Part shown: positions 1 to 12,199 of the stretch, piece after piece
Layout of the letters: the number at the start of each line of letters is the position of its first letter
Numbering within the stretch: position 1 is the stretch's first letter
Assembly (NCBI GenBank): GCA_951406725.2
Contig: OX597825.1
Location: 61,132,001 to 61,196,000, forward strand
Source: Octopus vulgaris
Lineage: Eukaryota
Length of the DNA: 64,000 bases
Direction of reading: 5' to 3'
Made by a program: the position numbers and the translations under genes
The notes under the pieces: model-generated
The model's input: the letters and a program-made list of their open reading frames with translations, nothing else
Databases searched by the model: none
What the model was told of the DNA's origin: nothing

Positions 1-560
1 GTGAGAGGAAAACAGCATGGTCAGTTAATTTTGGAAGCAAAACATTTCCAGAATGAACTCTACTGGCAAAACATTGTGTGAGGCAGAGTTATCTGCCTTA
101 CATCGGTTCCATTTATATCTATGACAAGTCTGCCAAATATAGCTGAAGATGGTAGCATTTACCTTGATGGCAAATGTGGAATTCCATGTTTTCAACATGA
201 ATTTCCTCTGATAAGGACAGTCACTAAACATCTCAGTTTTGGAGTTTAAAAAAGGTTCCTGATTCAAGTGAGTTTTTCAGAATTCTTGCTTTTTCAGGAA
301 AGCAAAACTTGGATTGTTTATTTCTATTGAAGTACAGCCCTGATTGTCCTAGGAGCTACCTTTTAATGATATATAGCAAGCCTTCCTCTTTCAAACACCA
401 CACCTAGCTGGCCAGGGACATCATGTTGCACCTCTCTGATATACTATAAGAGGATTTGTGTTTGCTACGACAATACTTGAATGGACTGCTTGTAGATCTG
501 ACATATTTTCAAATGTGTGCATTTGTGTTCATGGTGTACAACTGCTGTTGTTGTTGGCAT
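1..560 (-). pseudogene. Possible highly decayed hAT (ZMYM1/ZBED-like) transposase fragment
   Basis: Minus-strand conceptual translation across stops and frameshifts gives weak matches to hAT motifs: YT..NAHI (cf. YxHCxAHxLNL) at about 510-540 and SLAS*VWCL (cf. LxxTRW) at about 395-425. There is no intact ORF. Confidence 0.25.
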
Positions 561-656
561 TATATTATATTATTTCATATTCTATATCTATGTGTGTGTG
601 TGTAGATGTGCTTATGTGCATGTGTGTGTATAATTATATATATATATGTTAAGCAG

Positions 657-691
<35 letters not shown>

Positions 692-1689
692 GAGAGAGGT
701 GAAGAAAGTAAGAAAGGAAAAGAGAAGAAATAATTTATTTACGTGCAATAGGCATGCAACATTAAATATCTACTATAAAACAAATAATATTATATATAAA
801 TACAAAAGAAATTACCAAATATAATAAAGACATTCTACTTATATCTTTATTGTTCCCATCATGCACTTGGGCATCATTAAGAAAATAGCATGTGAACATC
901 TTAGGTGAATTATCTCAACTTTTGAAAAGTAGAGTAATGCCTAAAGCTATATTCTTTACTCTCCCTCAATTTCTTTGAATTGGTATTCTTTATCATCAAC
1001 CTTTGTCTACAAGAAATCTAATTTTGTTACATATTCTCTGAGAAATTGTTTGCAGTGTTTCTCCTAAGGCTATCACCTCTAACAAACAGGGTGACATTTT
1101 GAGGTAGAATTTACCGACTAGTTCTTTGTTATTTGAATAAAACCTATATCTTGTGTTGTCGTTAACAGACAGCCTTCAAAACGCTTATATATATAAGTTA
1201 CTACTTCTTGAAAACTGCAAAAAAGAAACTGAAAGTGAAAGTAAAAATACCTAAACAATAAAATAAAAATGAAAATACAGACTCATAAGAAACTAGAATA
1301 AAATAATTACATTGGCCAAATATTTCTGTTTGGATTATTTCTTAAAAGTGAAATATTTTATGTAAATTCTTCTAACCTATTCAAGATTGTCAGTGTGCCA
1401 AATACTTTCTTTTTCTTACAGTCTTTATAGTTATTTATTTATTTTTTTGTCTGTTCCCTGATGACATATATAAACTTCAATTTTAAAAATGGAGATAATA
1501 CTATTAGTTGATTTTGCATGTTCTATTTGCATTCCTTGCAGCAACGAACAATTTCTGTTCAAATATGAAACATTCTCTAACTTTTGTTTTGATGGAGGTG
1601 GTGGTGATAGGAATACGACTTTTCATTCACTGCTATACCCCTATATATATATATATATACTTTAACACATGGTACGACTCTACAACACT

Positions 1690-2345
1690 GTCTCTCTCCC
1701 CCTCTCCTACATTTCTCTGCCTTTCACACTTTGCACTCCACTTTGATCTGTCTCTTTTTCTCTCACTCTCTCTCTTCTCCTCCTCCTCCTCCTTTCTTCC
1801 TTGTTCCCCTTCTTTCTCTCTTCATCTGTCCCTCTTTTCCTCTCTCTCTTTCCCTCACATGTGACTAGCCAACCGATTGCTTGCCTCTTCGTGGTCAGCA
1901 GCCGTTGCGGCAAGACACATTTTTTTTTCTCTCTGTAGCCCTAAGGCTTTTTTCTAACGCCAGCTCAAAAAATTTACTCGTCCTGTCGAAAAGACGCTTG
2001 TCTGTGACGTCCTGTTTTTGTTGTTATTATTATTATCATTATTGTTTTTACGTATTTTTGTATTCTTATTCGTGTTATCATTATTGTTTTTACGTATTTT
2101 TGTAATTTTATTCGTGTAACACCGTCCTTGTTTTGTATACATTCGAGGCTTTCTTCCAAGGAATCTAATGCGCTTGGCTTAGATTTTCCTTTGGGGCTGG
2201 CCAGATCGGAGCAATCTCAAGATTAATCAGCCGAAATTGCGAAGATGATCCAGTTCTTGACTGAAGATTGAAGGCTTCGAATGTCCCGTCCGTGTTTTTT
2301 GTATCGTCTTCTAAATGTTTCACGTTCTTGTCCCTCTTTGTATTT
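1690..2345. mobile_element. Dispersed low-complexity repeat remnant, probably a Penelope-type pLTR, with a short internal tandem repeat
   Basis: A CT-rich lead-in is followed by a CpG-containing body and two copies of TTATCATTATTGTTTTTACGTATTTTTGTA (2032-2104). A GGCTG...CAGCC-GAAA stem at 2195-2236 resembles the hammerhead-like tails elsewhere in the window. Confidence 0.3.
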
Positions 2346-2355
2346 TTTACATTTT

Positions 2356-2432
<77 letters not shown>

Positions 2433-3094
2433 CTGTGCACACACAGAAAACACACTCAGACACATACATACATACACAATCATGCACACACACACACATG
2501 AGTCCTTCATATATACGTTCATATCGAACAATGAGAATGAGTACTCAAAACCACATTGGTGTATAAAATTTCTTTCTTTATGGCTTAAGGCTACCATTGG
2601 TTTCATGTTAAATGAGAAAACCGTTAAAATTTATTAAGCTTTCCACATGGAAACACATCGGTGTTCATCTCCATCTTAGATTAAAACATGTGAATGTGTG
2701 TGTGTGTGTGTATCTCCGTGTGTGAGTGTGTGTATGTGTGTGTACGTGTATGTATGTGTGTATGTATTTATTATGTAATTTTTTTGCTATCATTATAATC
2801 ATCATCATTATTATTATTATCATTGTAGTTGTTATTATATACATAGATATATAAATATGCATCCATCCATATACATACATACATACATATATATGTGTGT
2901 GTGTATGTATGTAGGTAGGTAGGTATTTATGTATGCATGCATGTACGTATGAATGCATGCATGTATGTATGTATGTATATATAGTTGTTATGTTAAACTA
3001 TAGTATGTCCAAATTTGGCAAAATGCATTTTTATCAATATTTATTTTAGCTTGCAATAGTCGGTTCTTTCAGTCAAACCTTTGTATCTATTCCT

Positions 3095-3366
3095 CTGTGG
3101 CTCCCAAACATTTTCGGGCTGCTGCGCCCTTGACACCCAGGCCACATTCATAGCACACCACCCCAACTAACCATCACAAACAGAGACCTTTTTCTGAAGC
3201 AAATTCAAAGCAATTGTATTTCACAAATAAAACTTAACCTAATGAACCCATTATTTTGTTGTTTTTGCATGAATCACTACTTCATCATCACCCCATTTTT
3301 CTTCTACGCTCCATGGGACTTTCCGCTGTCCCCGAGGGGGAATGCCACCTACTTTGGGAACTATTG
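3095..3366. mobile_element. hAT (Charlie-like) MITE, old
   Basis: Imperfect TIRs CTGTGGCTCCCAAAC ... CTTTGGGAACTATTG. The flanking 8-mers CTATTCCT / CTCTACCT match 6/8, consistent with a decayed 8-bp TSD. Confidence 0.6.
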
Positions 3367-3577
3367 CTCTACCTGCTACTGATACCAAGATATGAAAGTT
3401 GTCAAAGTGTAGTACAACGGTTTTGCTATGGAATGGGGAAACTATTTTTCTATTTTCTGAAAAAGCAATGTCTTGGACTTATGACACTTTTGCATAACAA
3501 CGATATGCATATGTATATATATGTCAATATATATGTCTATATATATATGTGTGTGTGTGTGTGTATGTGTGTATATA

Positions 3578-3645
<68 letters not shown>

Positions 3646-4239
3646 GGTATGTATGTATATATGTATGCATGCACATATATATGTATATATGTATATCTAC
3701 AATAATAAATGCCAAAATGAATTTCTGTGTGCCAGTGTCACACTTTGACCCCTTCTCTCACTTTCAATGACACTTCTACTATTCCTCTTGCTGGGGTGAG
3801 AGTAATAGTATATATATATATATATATATACATGCATAATATATATATATATATATACACATATATGTATTTATATATATGTGTGTGTATATATATATGC
3901 CTATATACATACATAAATTAAATACATACACACACACACTAAGATAAGGTAGTAAATGCTAATAATTTTATCATGAAATACATTTTGTAATGGTTAGTAA
4001 TGGCTTCTTTCCTTTCAACTTTTTCAACCAAGAGTAAAACAAAGGTGGACATTAATTAAGAAGATGAAGAGGAGGAGGAGGAGGAAAATGATGGGTATGG
4101 TATTATATAGTAGTAAAGTCAGCTTGTGGAATCTGCTTTAACAGTCAAGTGGCTTCATGTTGATCTGTTGTGGTTGAATTAGCTGTAGCAGTATGTGCTG
4201 TTCTAAATTAATTCATGGGTAGCAACTGTTCTAAATATA

Positions 4240-4583
4240 TCTATCGTTTTTAATCTGTAGTAGTATCCTCTGTGTTGGAAGCATTCAAAAGAGGTTTATA
4301 TTTTGCGATATGATACTTTGCTAATGAACTGATTATAGTTTGCATTATCCCTAAATTTATGGAGGGGAAAAATTTTAAAGTTAGGTTGTTCATTAGTAGT
4401 GCAAATGGTGATGTGTTCACTTAAGGCTATTTTTCTGTATTCTTGTATTTTAATCTGGGATCTGTGTACAGTCATTCTTTGGCGTAAACTGCTTTTAGTT
4501 TGACCAACGTATTGGTCTCGACACCCTGTGCAAGTTAACACCTATATCAAGTTTTTCGAAGTACAAGTGAAGTTGTTTTTCAT
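4240..4583 (-). pseudogene. Penelope-like element GIY-YIG endonuclease fragment
   Basis: Translation NNFTCTSKNLI*VLTCTGCRDQYVGQTKSSLRQRMTVHRSQIK...ALSEHI matches the LIY...CxxC...YVGQT...R...H signature of Penelope GIY-YIG domains. Confidence 0.8.
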
Positions 4584-4614
4584 GGCGTTCTCCTTCAAAT
4601 AGGGTCAACAGTTG

Positions 4615-4815
4615 ACAGTGAAAAACTTCACTTGTGCTTAGAAAAACCTGATATTTGTGCTAACTTGCTCAGAGTGTCGAGAGCAATACACTGGTAAAAT
4701 TAAAACCAGTCTATGCCAGAGGATAACCATATATAGATCCCATATTAAAATACAGAAACACAGAAAAATAGCATTAAGTGAACACATCAACCTATGCACC
4801 ATTAATGAACAACCA
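4615..4815 (+). pseudogene. Second Penelope GIY-YIG fragment, inverted relative to the first
   Basis: Translation KNFTCA*KNLIFVLTCSECREQYTGKIKTSLCQRITIYRSHIKIQKHRKIALSEHINLCT is a diverged homolog of 4240-4583. It ends in a (TCT)n microsatellite at 4816-4889. Confidence 0.78.
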
Positions 4816-5662
4816 TCTTCTTCTTCTTCTTCTTCTTCTTCTTCTTCTTCTTCTTCTTCTTCTTCTTCTTCTTCTTCTTCTTCTTCTTCGGCTGCTGCTG
4901 CTGCTTAAACCATTAAACTTCGGAACCAAATATATCTTTGCACCCATAAAGATAATTTTTCAGATCTGCTGCTACCTACCTACCTTACGAACCCTCACAA
5001 AAAAAAAAAAGTGAGAGACACACAGAAAAAAGGTAAAATACACATGGAAAAGGAAAAAGACTATGAAAATATTTACAAAACATTTCATTTAATTGTTTTC
5101 CTTCTTGATTAGTATCCATCTTTCTCTTACGCTTTGTTGAAAAAGTTGAAAGACAAATACCATTACAAAATGTATTTTATGATAAAATCATTTTAGCATT
5201 TTCTACCTTATCTTATTTTCCTTATACATAAAAACTCATGTGTCACTTTTCACTATTCTACAGAAAAAATATAGATATATGTAGGATGTTATAATTCCAG
5301 TTCCATTATCCAAGGAAAGTGGTGTGTAGAATGGGTAGAAATGCTACTTGTCTGTGGTATGTAAATTCCAATAAGAGTTCATATTTTGTCATTACAAATG
5401 GAAAGTGTCGAAAAGTGGATTCCATGTGCTGCTCATTCAAAGGATTCTTGTGTGAATGAAATTTTGAGAATGTAGTGGCAGTCTTAAGTAGATAGAAACG
5501 AGAGAAAAAATGTGTATGTTAAAATGAGGAGAATGGTCAAAAGGAATGAGTGAGGAAAGAGGAAAGAAAGGAAAGAAAGAAATATATATATGTATAAATA
5601 TATGCACATATAGATGTATATGTGCACATTCTGATACCCTATTGTATATATATATGTGTGTG

Positions 5663-5956
5663 TGGAGGCGCAATGACCCAGTGGTTAGGGCCGCGGACTT
5701 GTGGTTGTAGGATCGCAGTTTCGATTCCCAGACCAGGCGTTGTGAGTGTTTATTGAGCAAAAACACCTAAAAAATCTCCACGGGGTGGTGATCCCTGCTG
5801 TACTCTTTCACCACTCTTTCTCCCACTCTTTCTTCTGTTGGCCTGCTTGCTCAGCCAGTGGGGTGATGTCATTCGAAGGCTAAAACAATGCGAATGCATT
5901 GTGACCAGCGATGTGTAACAACATCTGATAGTCTGGTCGGTCACGTGATCACGTGA
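5663..5956 (+). mobile_element. tRNA-derived SINE (family C, octopus OR-like head)
   Basis: Head GGAGGCGCAATGACCCAGTGGTTAGGG...GTTTCGATTCCC carries A and B boxes, and the 3' end is TCACGTGATCACGTGATATA. The same tail recurs at 58526-58650. Confidence 0.8.
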
Positions 5957-5978
5957 TATATATATATATATATATATG

Positions 5979-6245
5979 CAGGCATGTAGCTAGAGTAAAT
6001 GTCACTTAGAACAAACATCAAAATTGTGCCCCCACCAACCAAAAAGCAGTCCATGCATTTTGTGAGGTTAAGTAAGAACACCTACTCTGTCTAGTGACAT
6101 GGATGGCGATAACCATGATGCTTGAAAACGTTTTTAAATTTTTTCTAATGGTTCAATTAGAAAATGATCTTGGCCATAATTGTGCCCACATCAAAGTAGC
6201 ACCCAGGGCATGTTCCCTACTTGTGTCACCCTAGCTATGCACCTG
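5979..6245. mobile_element. hAT-type MITE
   Basis: TIRs CAGGCATGTAGCTAG ... CTAGCTATGCACCTG, with 8-bp flanks TATATATG / TGTATATG matching 7/8. Confidence 0.65.
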
Positions 6246-6299
6246 TGTATATGTGTATATATACCTATTTATATGCGTGTATGTGTGTGTGTCTGTGTA

Positions 6300-6358
<59 letters not shown>

Positions 6359-6654
6359 GTGTGTGTGTATGTATGTATATATTTATGTTTTGTCTGCAAC
6401 TTGCTGAAAATAGCACTCTGGTTTTGGTATTCATTCTCAAACAAATTGAAATGACACAACGCTCTAACAAAGTACTTACTCCAAATAATCACCTCAAGAA
6501 GCAACATTTTACATCTTTAACAGATGATAGCAATTACACCAATGTACTACAGGTGTAATGATGTGTAAAAACAATTGTCCTGAATTGAAATAAACAATGT
6601 CATTCACTCCATTTTCTCTTATTCCTCAACATACATACATAATCATTTATCTTG

Positions 6655-6947
6655 AAATCTTTTGTTTGTTAGAGTCATTAGACTGTGGCCATGCTGTGGC
6701 ACTGCCTTCAAGACGTTTAGTTTAATGAATCATCCACACTACTTATTTATTGTAAACCTGCTATTTATTCTATCGGTCTCTTGACGAATTCTAAGATGTA
6801 GGATGTAAACATACAAACCGCAGTTGTCAGGTAGTGGTGAGCAACACAGACATGAAAACACACACATAGATATACAATGGGCATCATATATATATCTATA
6901 TATCTGTCTGTCTATCTATCTCTCTATCCATCTATTTATGTATGTAT

Positions 6948-6987
<40 letters not shown>

Positions 6988-7405
6988 ATATATATACTCT
7001 TTTACTCTTTTACTTGTTTCAGTCATTTGACTGTGGCCATGCTGGAGCACCGCCTTTAATCGAGCAACTCGACCCCAGGACTTATTCTTTTGTAAGCCTA
7101 GTACTTATTCTATCGGTCTATTTTGCCGAACGACTAAGTAATGGGGACATAAACAAACCAGCATCGGTTGTCAAGCAATGCTAGGGGGACAAACACAAAT
7201 ACACAAACACACACTTGCATATATATATATATACATATATACGACGGGCTTCTTTCAGTTTCCGTCTACCAAATCCACTCACAAGGCTTTGGTCAGCCTG
7301 AGGCTATAGTAGAAGACACTTGCCCAAGGTGCCATGCAGTGGGACTGAACCTGGAACCATGTGGTTGATAAACAAGCTACTTACCACACAGCCACTCCTG
7401 CACCT
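6655..7405 (-). mobile_element. Family A tRNA-derived SINE: decayed 3' half (6655-6870) plus a full copy (6996-7405)
   Basis: Reverse complement of the head AGGAGTGGCTGTGTGGTAAG...GGTTCAGTCCC and the tail AAATGACTGAAACAAGTAAAAGAGTAAAAGAG shared by about 20 copies in the window. Confidence 0.88.
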
Positions 7406-7413
7406 AATATATA

Positions 7414-7522
7414 TAGAGAGGGTCATAGCACAACTAATTAAGAGTAGAGTTAGTCTAGATGAGATGCAGTTTGGCCTTGTGCCAGGAAGAAGCACCTCTG
7501 ATGCTATGCTTTTGGTAAGGAG
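7414..7522 (+). pseudogene. RTE-clade LINE reverse transcriptase fragment
   Basis: ERVIAQLIKSRVSLDEMQFGLVPGRSTSDAMLLVR matches the RT QFGFxxGRSTxDA motif. Confidence 0.8.
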
Positions 7523-7534
7523 AAACGCATGCTA

Positions 7535-7733
7535 CTGATGTTATCCAAAGGAAAGACAAACACAGACACAGCTTGGCACCAGTGATGTTGCAACTCATTT
7601 CTACAGCTGAATGAACTGGAGCAATATAAAATAAAGTGTCCTGCTCAAGAACACAACCCACAGCCCAGTTTGGGAATTGAACTCACCACCTCATGCTTGT
7701 GAGCTTGATGCTCTAACCACTGAGCCATGCGCC
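7535..7733 (-). mobile_element. tRNA-derived CORE-like SINE (family D)
   Basis: Minus strand GGCGCATGGCTCAGTGGTTAGAGC...GAGTTCAATTCCC...CTTGAGCAGGACACTT...AAATGAG shows a tRNA head plus a CORE-like segment. A related copy lies at 41800-42115. Confidence 0.65.
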
Positions 7734-8125
7734 AGAAAATATGCTGTATGATTTTCTATTGCTGGATGATCTTCCTGTTCTCAGCCCTCCTCTCTTCCAA
7801 GCAAATAATATTTCCTCTAGATCTCCGAATATGAACAAGACAATTGCTGAACATGTTTTCATTAAAACTGCAAAACAAATAACACAGTTATTTTACAAAA
7901 AGTGATGTTGTTTACAATCAGTTTGTAAATGTCAAGACAAGGAGAAGCAAACAAACAAACACACACACACATGCACACACGTATCAATGCATGCATACAA
8001 GCATATATATATATATATGCACATGTACATACACACACACACAGATATATAAGGCATTGTATATATATATAAATTAATAAATATATATACATACATATAA
8101 ATATATATATATATATATGTATATT

Positions 8126-8532
8126 TCTCTTTTATTTCTCTTTTACTTGTTTCAGTCATTTGACTGTGGCCATGCTGGAGCACCGCCTTTAATCGAGCAA
8201 CTCGATCCCGCAACTTATTCTTTTGTAAACCCAGTACTTATTCTATCGGTCTCTTTTGCCGAACCGCTAAGTAACGGGGACATAAACACACCAGCATCAG
8301 TTGTCAAGTAATGCTATGGGGACAAACACAGACACACACGCATATATATATATATATATATACATATATACGACGGGCTTCTTTCAGTTTCCATCTACCA
8401 AATCCACTCACAAGGCTTTGGTCAGCCCGAGGCCATAGTAGAAGACTTTCCCAAGGTGCCACGCAGTGGGACTGAACCTGGAACCATGTTTTTGATAAAC
8501 AAGCTACTTACCACACAGCCACTCCTGCACCT
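8126..8532 (-). mobile_element. Family A SINE, full length
   Basis: Near-complete match to the family A head, body and tail on the minus strand. Confidence 0.9.
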
Positions 8533-8552
8533 ATATATACACACATACATAT

Positions 8553-8718
8553 ATATGTTCAGGAGTGGCTGTGTGGTAAATAGCTTGCTTACCAACCACA
8601 TGGTTCTGGGTTCAGTCCCACTGCATGGCACATTGGGCAAGTGTCTTCTACTATAGCCTCGGGCCGACCAAAGTCTTGTGAGTGGATTTGGTAGACGGAA
8701 ACCAAAAAAAGCCTGTTG

Positions 8719-8749
<31 letters not shown>

Positions 8750-8960
8750 ATGTGTTTGTGTGTCAGTGTTTGTCCCCCACAACATCGCTTGACAACTGAT
8801 GCTGGTGTGTTTACATCTCTGTAACTTAGCGGTTCAGTAAAAGAGACCGATAGAATAAGTACTAGGCTTACAAAGAATAAGTCCTGCAGTTGATTTGCTC
8901 GACTGAAGGTGGTACTCCAGTATGACCTCAGTCAAATGACTGAAACGAGTAAAAGAGAGT
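8553..8960 (+). mobile_element. Family A SINE, full length, head-to-head with 8126-8532
   Basis: CAGGAGTGGCTGTGTGGTAAATAGC ... GACTGAAACGAGTAAAAGAG. Confidence 0.9.
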
Positions 8961-9772
8961 ATATATATATATATGAATATATACACACACACAGAGACAC
9001 ACCCACACATATGTCTAGATACCCATATATTCATGTCCCATACCTATGCATTTATTTATAAATGTACGTGTGTTTAAGTATTTATATGTGCATGTGTGTA
9101 CAATTGGTTTGTATATGTCTATTCTGTACATGTGTGTATAAACTTGTATATATAATGACATGTGAATCAGGAGCATTCAAAGAATAGACTCTGTGTATGC
9201 CCGTGTATATTTGTATTTGTAGGCATGCACATGTATGTTTATGTATGCGTGAATGTGTACTTTTGTCTATGCATCAGGTCTGTGTGTATACATGCTTGTG
9301 TGTAAATGTATTTATGTGCGTGCATGGCAGAAAATTTACTGCTTCCAAACTGGTACTAATTAATGTTCTTTTACATCTCTCATATATTTGATAAGCATTT
9401 GTTGCTGAAGATAAAGGACAGCGTCACATTACTGTGTATGTGTGAGCGTGTGCGTGCATGTGTGTGTGTGTTTTCATTTTTTGTGTTATTGTAATGTATT
9501 TGTGTGTATATATATCCGTATATTTATCTTAATCTAGATACGTGTGTGTGTGTGTGTGTATGCCCATAAGAGTGTGAGTTTGTATAAACATATGCATATA
9601 TCTATGTGAACACAAACATATGCACACACACATGCATGCACACACGCATGCACACACACAGGCATATATATATGTATATATAGTTAATCAAAATACGGAG
9701 AAAAAAGAAATGGTAAAAAAACAATAACGTGAGGACGTGGTATATGCAAAGTATTAATATATATATATATAT

Positions 9773-9824
<52 letters not shown>

Positions 9825-9993
9825 TCTTTTCTACTCTAGGCCCCACAAGGTCTGAAATTTTTAGTGGGTAGGGGCCATTGATTAGATTGACCCCAGTACA
9901 CAAGGATGAAAGGCAAAAGTCAACCTCTATGTATATTAAATTATATATTATATTACATACACACCCACACACGTACACACACAGACACACACA

Positions 9994-10065
<72 letters not shown>

Positions 10066-10324
10066 CAAACATGCACACACAAGCATGTCTGTTTATTCTT
10101 ACCTTTGAGAATTTGCCTCTATATTTTAAAATAACTATGCTACTGTCAGGGATTAGTTCATTAATAAATGCTACATATGCAGAAACACACACACAAACAC
10201 AGACACAAATGCGGCACACACACACACTCAAACACACACACTCGCTCACATGCATGCACTCAACTCTATACAAAATTCAGTACATACACATGCCAGTCTA
10301 GAACAATTCTAAATTACATGCATA

Positions 10325-11600
10325 CGAGGGACGTTCAATAAGTAATGCCCCTGACCCACTTGCATTTGTTTGATCTAGCTGAAATTTTGCATGTGAAATT
10401 ATTTATATCTCTATAGATTAAGTGGCAAATTACAGCTCTGAACTAATTGTGGTTTCTAATTTACAGGTGTTTGAACTGAGTCAAGTGTGAAATGGAGCTT
10501 GTTGAGTGTCGAGCAGTGATCCGGATTTTGTATTTGAAAGGATGCACACCACTGGAGACTTTTGATGAAATGAAAGTAACTTATGGTGATGATGCCCCAT
10601 CATATGACCTTGTAAAACGCTGGCATCGTGAATTCAAACATGGTCGGAACTCTGTGGAAATAGCTCCCAGATCTGGTCGCCGCACTTCTGCCATTGATGA
10701 GGCATCTGTCCGTCAAGTTGAGGCTGCCATTTTGGAAGATCGACGCATAACTATTCGCCAAATAGCCCATGAGGTCAAGATTAGTACCAGGTCTGTGGAA
10801 ACTATCATTCATGACCATTTGCATATTAAAAAGGTGTCTGCCAGATGGATTCCCAGGTTGCTCACACCTTTCTAGAAGCAAGAACGCATCGAGTGCTCGA
10901 GGATGAATTTGGAGATGTGCCAAGAAGATGAGTCAAAAGTTTTCAAAAGACTGATTACACAGGATGAAACCTGGGTCCATCACTATGATCCAGAGACCAA
11001 AGCCCAGTCAATGCAGTGGAAGTACCGTGACTCACCTCCTCCAAAGAAGGCAAGGGTGTAGCCCTCCGCTGGCAAGGTCATGCTCACAGTCTTCTGGGAC
11101 CAGGACGGAGTACTGATGACATATTTCCTGGCAATGGGTACCACAATTACAGGAGCCTATTATGCTTCACTTTTGAGGAAATCAAGAGGCGGGGCAAGAT
11201 CAGCAAAGGCATCCGCCTCCTGCAGGACAACGCTCCGGTCCACAACTCGCGTGTCGCCAGATCAGAAGAACAGACGTGCGGCTATGAACTTCTCCCCCAT
11301 CCCCTCCCTACTCTCCTGGCCTTACACACTCTGATTTTCACCTCTTACCAGCCATGAAGTTGTTTTTGAAAGGAAAGCGTTTCCCAGATGATGCAGCCTT
11401 GATTTCTGAAGTCACGTCGTGTTTGGAGGACCAGGCTCAGGTCTTCTACAAAAACGGTCTTCAGAGCTGCATCAAACGATGGGAGAAATGCGTAACTCTG
11501 GGTGGTTCTTATGTAGAAAAAGACTAATAACTGTGCCAAGTTTCGTTGCTCTACTGCTATGGGAAGTGGGTCAGGGGCATTACTTATTGAACGCCCCTCG
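10325..11600 (+). mobile_element. Full-length mariner (DD34D, irritans/Himar1-Hsmar2-like), 1276 bp, transposase disrupted
   Basis: 37-bp TIRs CGAGGG(A/G)CGTTCAATAAGTAATGCCCCTGACCCACTT with one mismatch, and a TA TSD at 10323-10324 and 11601-11602. Confidence 0.96.
10492..11527 (+). pseudogene. Mariner transposase pseudogene
   Basis: Reads MELVECRAVIRILY...WIPRLL, ITQDETWVHHYDPE, LLQDNAPVH, YSPGLTHSDFHL and ends WEKCVTLGGSYVEKD*. In-frame TAG at 10873 and about 11059, with frameshifts or deletion near 11180 and 11305. Confidence 0.93.
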
Positions 11601-11928
11601 TATGTCTAGGTTCAAATAGTTATTTAAATGTCTTAAAGGATTTTTTTTAGTTATGATATGATGTATGAAATAACAATGAAATAGAATTCGAAAAAAGATT
11701 TATTCTGTATGTGACACAAATATGGTAAATATCACATTATTCCAGGAAAATATATAGTTTTATTGAAGACTTCTTTCATCCCTTTGAGTAAAAGTAATCA
11801 AATCTAACAAAGTGGTCAGACTTTTCTAGCTGTGACTTGCTAGCTATGTCTGTTCAGTGCCATACTAAACAAGGATATAAGAGGAATTAGTCATAAAGTA
11901 GAAACTAATTCAGTTATAAATACTTTAT

Positions 11929-12155
11929 TAGCCTTTTAGTATACAAATGAGCCAGACCTGCTCCAGATATTCTACCTGTATGATGTTCAAACAGACCAGA
12001 ACTGGCTTTTGACAATTTCACTACAATATCATTCTAAAGATTGGTAATCACATAATGAAAATCATGAATCTATGAGATAATACATGATAAATACAAAATA
12101 ATTTAAATAAATAAGCATGATATTTTGCAGAGTAATCTGAATGCAAAAGGACGAA
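11929..12155 (+). mobile_element. Decayed copy of the piggyBac-type MITE seen at 56944
   Basis: Colinear similarity (ATATTCTACCTG..ATGTTCAAAC..ACCAGA; CTACAATATC; GAGATAAT; GCAGAGTAATCTGAATGCAAAAGG). Confidence 0.55.
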
Positions 12156-12199
12156 GGCCTCTAAAATGTTTAAATGGTTTTAGTATTAAATTTTTTAAT

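Noticed and set aside
5663-5735. tRNA gene (also 7660-7733, 61478-61532, 63407-63452)
   Set aside because: A/B-box-like heads without a proper acceptor stem continue into SINE bodies, so these are tRNA-derived SINE heads and not tRNAs.
10492-10875. SETMAR-like host gene or domesticated transposase
   Set aside because: It is bounded by TIRs and a TA TSD, contains stops and frameshifts, and has no SET domain, so it is a dead mariner copy.
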